Positions 1-8,012 of a stretch of 64,000 nt of DNA are shown piece by piece (position 1 is the stretch's first letter; each line of letters starts with the position of its first letter). This DNA is from an uncultured Acidobacteriota bacterium (GTDB taxonomy: Bacteria; Acidobacteriota; Thermoanaerobaculia; Multivoradales; UBA5704): contig CAVWOZ010000032.1 of the NCBI GenBank assembly GCA_963756595.1, forward strand, positions 32,886 to 96,885. The letters run 5' to 3'. Made by a program: the position numbers and the translations under genes. The notes beneath the pieces are model-generated. The model saw only the letters and a list, made by a program, of their open reading frames with translations, ran no database searches and was not told the origin of the DNA.

Positions 1-206
1 GAATACCTAAACGAGGTCAGCGTTACAATGCCTGATTCTGTCCGATCCTCCCGATAGGCTCGAAACCCGTTATTGTCCAAGCAGCAAAAATAATTAGCGT
101 TCATATAGTCTAGTGCTTCTAGGGGTTCCAATTGCTGACGCTTCAAAAACTCCGCCTCAGTTAGAACCTTGCGTCGGGATGTCTCACCGCCCTTTCCTAC
201 TGGCAT
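1..206 (-). CDS. Hypothetical protein, N-terminal part only; gene runs off the left window edge
   Basis: Minus-strand ATG at 204-206 opens a frame reading MPVGKGGETSRRKVLTEAEFLKRQ... to position 1 with no stop. Low-GC island-type sequence upstream of alpA. Confidence 0.3.
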   Translation of the reverse strand, partial: MPVGKGGETSRRKVLTEAEFLKRQQLEPLEALDYMNANYFCCLDNNGFRAYREDRTESGIVTLTSFRY

Positions 207-354
207 GACTTGGCATCCTGTCGACTCGGCGCTGACTGACGCTCGGCGTCGGTTCTATCTTCTTCTCCAGCTCTGGACATCTCCTATTCTCTCCTCTTGG
301 GTAAGAGTCGTTTAAGATCCTTCGCATTGCGCAGCGCTCCGAATGGAATAAAGT

Positions 355-552
355 CTATTTTTCAGAAGTGGAGCGGCGTTCACATTCGGACATGAATTTT
401 TCAAGGGCCTCTTTTCGATACACAACTCGGCGACCGAGTTTTAAAAAAGCAGGGCCGATACCTTTTAGCCGCCACACTTCAAGTGTCTGTTTCTTGAGGC
501 GGAGATATCTTGCAGATTCCTCTGTGGTATTCATCTCGCTCAACGTGTCCAT
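355..552 (-). CDS. alpA: AlpA-family phage/island transcriptional regulator (excisionase-like HTH)
   Basis: 65 aa. The motif LRLKKQTLEVWRLKGIGPAFLKLGRRVVYRKEALEKFM is typical of AlpA/Xis HTH proteins. It sits next to an integrase in a low-GC region. Confidence 0.7.
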   Translation of the reverse strand: MDTLSEMNTTEESARYLRLKKQTLEVWRLKGIGPAFLKLGRRVVYRKEALEKFMSECERRSTSEK

Positions 553-1009
553 TGCATGGGCTCCTTTGTTTGATGTCCCTAAGCTTTTATCTTCCTAAGA
601 ATGTAGAAGTGTTTTGTGCTTCGCTAGGCCACTGGGCTACGTTTATTTATTGTACCATGTTGAGACGGTTGTTCCATGAGGAGGTCTTCAGTCGGGGGCG
701 GGAACGGTGCAGGTGTGCTTGACAAGTCCACCTTAAAGCGAACTTTATTTCTACTATTGCGACAGTGGAATAGGCTTTGATTGAGGGAATTGCTCTTCTC
801 TCTGCTGCGGAGTTTGATCCGTTATTCAAACGTGATACATAATCTATTGTCAACGTATATTCAGGGGGCCGCCCCATTTGAGACGCATTAGGCCATTTAG
901 ATTTTTAGTCATATCAAATGGTGGGCGGCCCCGCGAAAAGCGGATGAGGTGAAAGCAGGAAGGAGGGAAGGGGGGGCGGTCGCCGGAGCCGCCCGGATTG
1001 CGATGGTGT

Positions 1010-2218
1010 CTAGGCCCGCATGGGTAGAATTTTAGCGAACGGCTCCGGCTCGCGATCGAGCGCCGCACGGAGCCATCCGCTTACGAGATCGGCCGCCGTT
1101 ACCAGGGAGCGGCTCCGGTGCGTGTAGCGGTCGTGGGCGTCGGTTCCGGGCGCGTGTCCCATGAGGAGCTTCCGGACTTCGCGGTCAACGTCCAGCTCCG
1201 CCGCCGCGGTACCAAAGGCATGGCGCGAAGCATCATAGAGCCGGACTCCGGCGGGAAGCTCGGCGAGGGCCGCCACCGCCTCCCAGAGGGGCCGCAAGCT
1301 CGGGAGGTGCCGGCCGCTGGCGCCCGGGCGCACGAAGACCCAGGGGCCGCACTTGCGGAGCCCCGCGAGGACTTCCACCGCCGCCGCTCCCAGGATTACG
1401 ACCCGCGGGCCGGTCTTCGCGGCCTTGAGCTGCCAAGTCCGGGCGGTGGTGTCCAGGTCGGCCCACCTCGCGGTCATCACCTCGCCCGGCCGGGCGCCCG
1501 TGAACAGGCAAAACTTGAAGGCGGCGACGGCCACCGCGTCCCCTTCTCCCGCCAGCGCTGCGCCGATGCGGCCGAGTTCCTCCCGGGTGAGGACGCGCCC
1601 GCGGTGGGGCTCCGCGAAGCGATCGTGACGGGTGGCGGGGTTGGCCCGGTCCTGCGGGAACCATTGCCAGCGCTGCGCCAGCGCCCACGATTTCGAGGCG
1701 AGGGAAAGCAGGCGGTTCGCCATGAAGGGGCGGGAGGCTAGACCGCGATGGATGGCGTCGAGATCCTGCCAAGTCACCTCTTCAACCGGGCGGGAGCCCA
1801 GCGCTGGGAGAAGGTGAAGCCGGAAGAGAACTTCAGCGTTACGGCGAGAGCTGGCCGATTTCTTGGCGTAGTGCTCGGCGAGGACGCGGGCGGCAAGGTC
1901 GGCGACGGTCGGCGCGTCATCCGTCCTCTTCCGCCGTGCTCGCCGCTCCGCCAGCGGGTCCTCCCCCCGGCCGATAGCGGCCTTGAGCTGCCGGGCCTCT
2001 TCCCGGGCGGTGTCCACCGTCCAATCCCCAAACCGGCCGATGGTGTAGCGCCGCTCCCGGCCGCCCTCCCCGCGGTAGTTGAGGACGAAAGACCGGACGC
2101 CACCGCGAGAGACGGCGATCCCAAAGCCCTTGACGTCGGCATCCCAGACGACGGTGGGGCGGTCGGGGTCCGCCTTGAGGGAATCCGCGGTCCGCTTGGT
2201 GAGCTTCCTTGCCGTCAT
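1010..2218 (-). CDS. int: Tyrosine-type site-specific recombinase (phage/island integrase)
   Basis: 402 aa. The C-terminal catalytic region RHAFGTAAAE...LLMGHAPGTDAHDRYTHRS carries the R..H..R..Y signature. Adjacent to a tRNA-derived att-like fragment. Confidence 0.9.
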   Translation of the reverse strand: MTARKLTKRTADSLKADPDRPTVVWDADVKGFGIAVSRGGVRSFVLNYRGEGGRERRYTIGRFGDWTVDTAREEARQLKAAIGRGEDPLAERRARRKRTDDAPTVADLAARVLAEHYAKKSASSRRNAEVLFRLHLLPALGSRPVEEVTWQDLDAIHRGLASRPFMANRLLSLASKSWALAQRWQWFPQDRANPATRHDRFAEPHRGRVLTREELGRIGAALAGEGDAVAVAAFKFCLFTGARPGEVMTARWADLDTTARTWQLKAAKTGPRVVILGAAAVEVLAGLRKCGPWVFVRPGASGRHLPSLRPLWEAVAALAELPAGVRLYDASRHAFGTAAAELDVDREVRKLLMGHAPGTDAHDRYTHRSRSLVTAADLVSGWLRAALDREPEPFAKILPMRA

Positions 2219-2390
2219 CTTGAGACCTCCTCGCGTGGGGGATTGCCGGCCTGCTGACTCGGAGCTGACTCAGCACTGACTCAGCAGATTGCATCCAACT
2301 CAGTATGGGAGTATCATACCACGGTATGGTGGAAAGCGTTGCAGGACAAGGGTTTATAGAGTTTAATCAAGCTGGGCATGGTATGCCGCT

Positions 2391-2440
2391 GCCGATTCGT
2401 AATCAGCAGGTCGTCGGTTCAAATCCGACCATCGGCTCCA
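2391..2440 (+). tRNA. Partial tRNA-Thr(CGU) 3' portion only (anticodon arm through CCA); putative island attachment-site repeat, not a complete tRNA
   Basis: T-arm GTCGG-TTCAAAT-CCGAC. Acceptor 3' strand CATCGGC, discriminator T, then CCA at 2438-2440. Anticodon stem-loop gccga-TTCGTAA-tcagc gives U33, anticodon CGT, A37. No D-arm or 5' acceptor strand upstream. Sequence left of 2391 is low-GC island DNA. Confidence 0.5.
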
Positions 2441-2674
2441 TTCGTAAGTCCTTCTCTATCAATGGTTTGGAGCGATTGGGTCACTTGGTCCCGCGGGGGT
2501 CTTGCGCCTTTCGTGTCGATTGCTCCTCGTCCGCAACCTGCTGCCCGCCGGGGAGGCCGCGGAGCTGGTGCTCTACGTCGAGGCGATCGTGCGCTCGGCG
2601 CCTGAGCCTTCAGCGCGGAAGAGCGGGTGACCGGGTCGTCGAAGAGCCGACGCGCGCACCGCAGACGGCGCCTG

Positions 2675-3758
2675 TCAGAAGCGGTATTCGAGGGAGAAGT
2701 TCACCCAGTCCAGAGTCGAATGGAAGCCGGCAGGAAGCGCCGACCCGAGATAGCGGTAGTACGTGAGATGGAGACTGTACGGCAAGCGGCCGCAGTGCAG
2801 CCCGAGGAGCACCTCCTTGCGACCCGGATACGAATTGAAGGCTGGGAACTCCCCGCCATTTTCGGTCGGCCCGCCCTCGGCTCCGGCGAGGTAGTCGATC
2901 TCGTGCATGCGCGCCACGACGGTAAAGAAAAGCCGCCAGCGGTCCCACCCCTCCGCCGGCTCCCGGACATCGAGGTAGATCGGGTCCAGCGCCATGCCGA
3001 GTCCGGGCGGGTCGGGGATCTTGGTGAATCCCATCGGCAGCCCCCAGCCGAACCGCAGCTCGGCCTCACCCGTCAAGCGCGTGGTCAGGTTGCCAGCCGC
3101 GCCAGCGCCGCCCAGGGAGAGGTCGGCGGCAAAGCGTCCAGGAGCATAGGCGCCGGCTTCCAGTGCCAGCAGCTTCCGCCGGTACTCATAGTTCACATTG
3201 GCCAAGGCCTTGGTCGAGAGTTGGTTCCTCCATCCTCTCGGCGTGTGGGCGAGTCCAAGGTCCCGGTGGACGAACGTCTGAACACGCTCGGCCTGGGAGC
3301 AAGGCCCCAGACACCCGAGATAGAGCTGGAGCGCGCCAAGCCTCCTGTTGTCGTAGCTCGACCACGTGCTGGTAAGGCCGAGCATGCCGGCCCAGGGGGA
3401 GTCGTTGAGCTGGGGCTCGGCAATCGTGATGTCCTTCGGCGTGATGATGATCTGGCTGATGCCGAGCCCCCAGCGAACGATCCTGCCGCCCTCGCCATCG
3501 TCGCCGAGGGTCGGCAAGCTGCCGAGCCATTTCTCGTTTGCCGGATTCCAGCGATCCATCAGTCGGGAGTGCCACTGCAGGCTCCAGCCAGCCGTGAACC
3601 CGTCGTCGGATTCCGACGAGGTTGTCGTTGTCGAATTCGAACCGGACCATCTGGAGGTCCCATGGCGGCTTCGTGGGACCCTCTCCGGCCGCGAGGCTCC
3701 TGCTGAGTCCGCAGGACAACGCGAGCACAACCCCGACGGTTCGAGTCACCAGCTTCAT
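2675..3758 (-). pseudogene. Outer-membrane beta-barrel protein with apparent frameshift
   Basis: A signal-peptide frame (MKLVTRTVGVVLALSCGLSRSLAAGEG..., 3758 downward) switches near 3620-3640 into the 351-aa frame ending ...LDWVNFSLEYRF. The aromatic C-terminal residue is typical of OM beta-barrels. No single intact frame exists. Confidence 0.45.
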
Positions 3759-4219
3759 TTCGCCCCCTGCGAGCGCGCGATCGCTGCCTCGATGTTCGAG
3801 AGCACGCCGAGCTGCGCGAAGATCACCGTTCCCGAGGGGTAGCAGTCGAACGACTGGATCTTGCCGTTGACGAGACGGAAGACATCACAGCACGGCGCGT
3901 CCATCCGCTTGCCCGTGGGCGGAAGGATGCCCATCGGCGTCGGGAGGGGCCCCTGGTGCGTGCCCTGGAGGGCGAGCTCCACGACGACGACGTCGCCGAC
4001 GCTGAAGAAGCGGTAGAGCTCACGATGCATGTCCGGGAAGGCCTTCGCATAGACCGCGACCGTCTCGCCTACGCCGGTGGGGCCGTCGGGCCCGCGGTAC
4101 GTGACGCCGATGGACATGTCGGTAAACGTCCCGTCGGGTGTGAAGCACTCAACCCAGCCCTCGACGTCCACCTTCTCAGCCAGCTCGTACGCGTTGCGAA
4201 TGATCTGCTCGTTGCTCAT
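3755..4219 (-). CDS. SnoaL-like / NTF2-fold (ketosteroid-isomerase-like) protein
   Basis: 154 aa. MSNEQIIRNAYELAEKVDVEGWVECFTPDGTF... pattern of the NTF2-like superfamily. Confidence 0.65.
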   Translation of the reverse strand: MSNEQIIRNAYELAEKVDVEGWVECFTPDGTFTDMSIGVTYRGPDGPTGVGETVAVYAKAFPDMHRELYRFFSVGDVVVVELALQGTHQGPLPTPMGILPPTGKRMDAPCCDVFRLVNGKIQSFDCYPSGTVIFAQLGVLSNIEAAIARSQGAK

Positions 4220-4260
4220 GGGATAACCCTTTCTGTTCGATCCGTCGAAACTTCGGTGGC

Positions 4261-5133
4261 TCAGATCGCGAGCTCCGCACGCAGGAACGCGGCGATGAGG
4301 TCGTGGGCGGAGCGCGCGGCCTCGAAGAGGCCGAGGCTGCTCGGGAAGACGTGGGGCATGCCCTCCCAGGCGTGCACCTCGATCCGGTCGAGGGAACCGA
4401 GTCGAAGCGAGTCGTCGAGGAGGATCTCCGCAGTCCCCACGTGGACCTGGATGGGAGGCGTTGCGCCGGCCGGACCGTAGAGCGGGGATGCGCGCGGGTC
4501 CCGGGGATCGTGATCGCCGAGGTACTGACGGGCGCTCACTTCGAGAGCCGGTCTCGTCATCAACGGATCATCCGCGGCCTTGTTCTCGAGGCTCCCTCCG
4601 GTGAGCGCGAGATCCGTCCACGGGGAGAGCAGCACACCGCAGCGGGCACCCGGTTCCTCCCTCAGCAGCGACAGCGCAAGGCCTCCTCCGGCGGAATCGC
4701 CGACGAGCGCCACGTGTCGCGCGCCAAACTGAGCGGTGAGGCCGCGATAGGCCGCGCGGGCGTCGTCGAGCGCGGCAGGGAACGTATGCTCCGGAGCGAG
4801 CCGATAGTCCGCGACGAAAGCGGGCACGCCCGCTCTCGCGGCGATCTGCCCGACGAAGTTTCGGTACGCGTGGGCAGAGCCGTAGGCGAAGACGCCGCCG
4901 TGGAGGTAGAGCACTGCAACCCCGGCCCGATGGGACGTCGGTGCGCACCAGACCCCGGGCACGCCACCGACGCTGGATTCGGAATAGCCAACCGTGTCGG
5001 CGGCCGGCACTTGCTCGAGGAGTCTGTCGTACGAGGCTCGCGTGATTGCAATCGGAGTGGCGCCGAGCCCGGCTCGCAAGGCCGTCATGGCCGCTCGGTC
5101 GTGGGGCGTCAGGGCGTGACGAATTTCTGTCAT
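4261..5133 (-). CDS. Alpha/beta-hydrolase fold-3 esterase/lipase (HSL family)
   Basis: HGGG oxyanion motif (VLYLHGGVFAYGS) and GDSAGG nucleophile elbow (VALVGDSAGGGLAL). Confidence 0.85.
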   Translation of the reverse strand: MTEIRHALTPHDRAAMTALRAGLGATPIAITRASYDRLLEQVPAADTVGYSESSVGGVPGVWCAPTSHRAGVAVLYLHGGVFAYGSAHAYRNFVGQIAARAGVPAFVADYRLAPEHTFPAALDDARAAYRGLTAQFGARHVALVGDSAGGGLALSLLREEPGARCGVLLSPWTDLALTGGSLENKAADDPLMTRPALEVSARQYLGDHDPRDPRASPLYGPAGATPPIQVHVGTAEILLDDSLRLGSLDRIEVHAWEGMPHVFPSSLGLFEAARSAHDLIAAFLRAELAI

Positions 5134-6683
5134 CGAGAACCTCCCTGGATCATCATTGCGGCGCGGCCGCCGATCATGATGGACGGTGCATTCGTGGCGC
5201 CGGCCGGGATGGTCGGCATCACCGACGCGTCGGCGACGCGCAGCCCGCGGACGTCGTGGACGCGCAGATCCGGGTCGACGACGGCATCCGCGTCGGTCCC
5301 GATCCTTGCGGTACCGACGGGGTGCCCGAAGCTGGCCGCCCCGGTGCGCGCGAGCTCGACCAGATCCTGCTTGCCGGCGTTCGGCCCCGGAATCGCCTCG
5401 GCTTCGCGGACGGCGTCGAGCGCGGATTGACGACCCAACTCCCGCGCGATCTCGAGGGCGCGCACGATGGCGTTCAGATCATGGTCGGTCCCGAGATGGT
5501 TCCCCTCGAGGATGGGAGCCTGGCGCCAATCGCCGCTCGCCAGGCGTACGCGTCCGCGACTGGTCGGCTGAACGAGCGCCGGCGCGATCGTGAAGGCTTC
5601 CTGGGGCGGAGCCCCGAAGCGCGCAGCCGCCTCCGGCGTCGCGATCGGCAGCTGCTCGAGCACGAGACAGAGATCGGCGGGATGGTCGGAGAGGCCGCTG
5701 GGCAGGAACACCTCCGCTTCCACGGCGTTGCTGTCCGCCGGGCGGTCCGGCATCTTGCCCTTGTATTTGTAGATGACGCCGGAAACGAGAACATGGTCCT
5801 GAAGGTTCTGCCCGACGCCCCGCAGATTGGCGACCGGTGCGATCCCCAGCTTGCGGAGCTCCTCGGCATTGCCGATGCCGGACAACATCAGCAGCTGAGC
5901 TGTGTGGATCGTCCCTGCAGCCAGGATCACTTCGCGCGCGGCGCGGACATTGCGCACGCCGTCCCCGCTCGCGAGCTGCACGCCGACGGCGCGATCGCCT
6001 TCGAAGACGACCTTCGTAACGTTGGTCTCGAGCAGGAGTGTGAGGTTCGGGCGGCTGAGATTCGGCTGCAGAAACGCGCGAGCCGCACTGACGCGCGTAC
6101 CGTCGGCGGCGATGTTCATGTTGATGTAGCCGGCTCCGGCCCGCAGCGGGCCGTTCACGTCATCGAGCAGGGCGAAGCCCATCTGCCGCGCGGCTTCGAG
6201 GAAGGCGGGAGCGGTCGGATGCGGCGTGCCCGGCCTGCGAACATGGACAGGGCCGCCCGCGCCGCGCCATTCGTTGGCGCCCCCTTCCCAGTCTTCCTGC
6301 GACTTGAACATCGGCAGCACGTCCTTGAAGCCCCAGCCCGCGGCACCGTTCCTTTCCCAGCCGTCGTAATCGCGGTCCATGCCGCGCGACCACACCATCG
6401 CGTTGATGGAGCTGCCGCCGCCGAGCACGCGGCCGAGCGCCATGTTGAACCTGCGGTTGTTGAGCTGGGGAACGGGTGCAATCGGCACGTTCCAGTCCAG
6501 CGCGCCGCCGACGTTGTAGAACCAGATGCTGGGGTTGCCGATCGTCGGAGCCGAGTCGATGCCGCCCGCTTCGACCAGCAGGACGTCCGCCCCGGTCTTG
6601 GACAGCTCGCCAGCGACGACCGAACCCGCGGCTCCTCCCCCGACAACGATGTAGTCATACGAACCCATACTGTGATCTGTCAT
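5130..6683 (-). CDS. GMC-family FAD oxidoreductase (choline-dehydrogenase-like)
   Basis: N-terminal YDYIVVGGGAAGSVVAGELS...LLVEAGG FAD-binding fingerprint. The likely start is MTDHSMGSYDY at 6683, preceded by GGAG. The 623-aa ORF upstream extension overlaps the ALDH remnant and is rejected. Confidence 0.85.
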   Translation of the reverse strand: MTDHSMGSYDYIVVGGGAAGSVVAGELSKTGADVLLVEAGGIDSAPTIGNPSIWFYNVGGALDWNVPIAPVPQLNNRRFNMALGRVLGGGSSINAMVWSRGMDRDYDGWERNGAAGWGFKDVLPMFKSQEDWEGGANEWRGAGGPVHVRRPGTPHPTAPAFLEAARQMGFALLDDVNGPLRAGAGYINMNIAADGTRVSAARAFLQPNLSRPNLTLLLETNVTKVVFEGDRAVGVQLASGDGVRNVRAAREVILAAGTIHTAQLLMLSGIGNAEELRKLGIAPVANLRGVGQNLQDHVLVSGVIYKYKGKMPDRPADSNAVEAEVFLPSGLSDHPADLCLVLEQLPIATPEAAARFGAPPQEAFTIAPALVQPTSRGRVRLASGDWRQAPILEGNHLGTDHDLNAIVRALEIARELGRQSALDAVREAEAIPGPNAGKQDLVELARTGAASFGHPVGTARIGTDADAVVDPDLRVHDVRGLRVADASVMPTIPAGATNAPSIMIGGRAAMMIQGGSR

Positions 6684-6733
6684 CTCCGGATCCCTCGCTT
6701 GCGATGAATGGTGAGGCGGTGCGCTCCTGACGT

Positions 6734-7017
6734 TTAGAACGGGTATTGCCGCTGACCGCTGTGGGAGTTGATCCAGATGACGTCCTGGAACTCCTTCAGG
6801 CTGTCCGGTCCGGTGCGGCCCCAACCGCTGTCGCGCACGCCGCCCATCGGTTAGCTTCCGCCCGGCCGCCGGCGGCAACCCGCGCATAGAGCGTGCGGTC
6901 GTAGGGCTGGTATACGTCGAACAGCCGGTTACCCTCGGCGGAGCGCCATTCGCCGCCCGCGAAATATTTGTACTCCGTGACGCCGTCGACTTGGGTAACA
7001 CCCTTGGCTTCAGACAT
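6734..7017 (-). pseudogene. Aldehyde dehydrogenase remnant: N-terminal ~73 aa joined to C-terminal ~35 aa, large internal deletion
   Basis: 7017-6796 encodes MSEAKGVTQVDGVTEYKYFAGGEWRSAEGNRLFDVYQPYDRTLYARVAAGG, an ALDH N-terminus with an intact RBS. 6843-6734 encodes PMGGVRDSGWGRTGPDSLKEFQDVIWINSHSGQRQYPF*, an ALDH C-terminus. The ~1.2 kb of ALDH core is missing. Confidence 0.6.
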
Positions 7018-7052
7018 TGCTCTTTCTCCCTGTAACGCGAATCACCAGACTT

Positions 7053-7367
7053 TCATCCGGTCTTCTTCACGGCCTCACTGAAGGCGCGGTCCTCGAACGC
7101 GTTCATCGAGGTCCGGTCGATCGGCCCGAGCCCTGAGAGCTCGGAGGCGATCGAGGGGACCGTCGGCGAGTTGATCTTGTAGGCGACCCCGACGGTGGAC
7201 AGGACGATCGGCATGCCGAACGCCTTGGCGGTCTTGGCCAGCAGCCGCACGTTGAGGTCGGCCAGCGCAGCGCTCGTCTCGGAGCGAATGCTGTCGAACA
7301 TCTCTTTCTGATAGTCGATGAGCACCAACGCGCAATCCTGATCCGTCCAGACACCCAGCTCTTTGTT
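7053..7367 (-). pseudogene. Isochorismatase-family (cysteine hydrolase) N-terminal fragment, C-terminally truncated
   Basis: MNKELGVWTDQDCALVLIDYQKEMFD...AFEDRAFSEAVKKTG* covers the catalytic Asp region (VLIDYQ). It stops at ~105 aa, before the conserved Cys motif. Full family members are ~180-200 aa. Confidence 0.5.
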
Positions 7368-7571
7368 CATGATCGTCCTTTCTGTTTCGTCAGCACATCG
7401 AAGCACCGCTTGACATCCTAGTTGCCCGAGTCGTTGACGGGTGCCCAACGTCTTGCGGATAACCGTCAAAACTGCGTCAAATGGCCATCGGCGAGCTAGA
7501 CAAAGAATTAGCGGACATTGGCAGGAGGTTTTGCGGCACGCAGGGAGCGAAGGCCTTAAACTATCCAAACC

Positions 7572-8000
7572 ATGGCGTGCGAGCGATGGATCGTAGTCGG
7601 CACCGATTTCAGTGATGGCGCGCACGAGGCGCTCGAGCGCGCCCTCGGTTTGGCGCAGGACTCGGGGGCGAGAATCGCGTTGGTCCACGCTTACGAGGAC
7701 GAGCCGGGCGCGAACGCACCCGCGGATCCCACCTCCAGGTTGCAGGGACAGCTCGCCCAGGAGATTGCCGCCCTGGGCGCGACGCGCCGTGGCATCCACG
7801 TCGAGCCCTTGGTCCGGCGCGGGGCGCCGTGGGAGAAGATTGTGAACGTGGCGACGGAATACGGCGCCGAAATGATCGTGGTCGGCCGCAGCGGGCAGCG
7901 CGGAGCGACCCGCGGGGTCCTGCTCGGCAGCGTCGCGAGCCGCGTCCTGGCGCTTTCCCCGCGCTTCTGCGTGCTGGTGGCCCGGCTGGGTGCTGCCTGA
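7572..8000 (+). CDS. Universal stress protein (UspA family)
   Basis: 142 aa. WIVVGTDFSDGAHEALERAL...MIVVGRSGQRGATRGVLLGSVASRVL is the UspA ATP-binding pattern. Confidence 0.8.
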   Translation: MACERWIVVGTDFSDGAHEALERALGLAQDSGARIALVHAYEDEPGANAPADPTSRLQGQLAQEIAALGATRRGIHVEPLVRRGAPWEKIVNVATEYGAEMIVVGRSGQRGATRGVLLGSVASRVLALSPRFCVLVARLGAA

Positions 8001-8012
8001 CGTCGAAGCGAG

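Noticed and set aside
2340-2440. tmRNA or complete tRNA gene
   Set aside because: No sequence complementary to the acceptor 3' strand lies upstream. No D-arm is present. The ~350 nt upstream region is integrase coding sequence. Only the anticodon and T arms are tRNA-like.
2627-3706. 359-aa + strand ORF and other overlapping ORFs at 2600-3800
   Set aside because: It is antisense to the outer-membrane beta-barrel gene and shows only high-GC composition.
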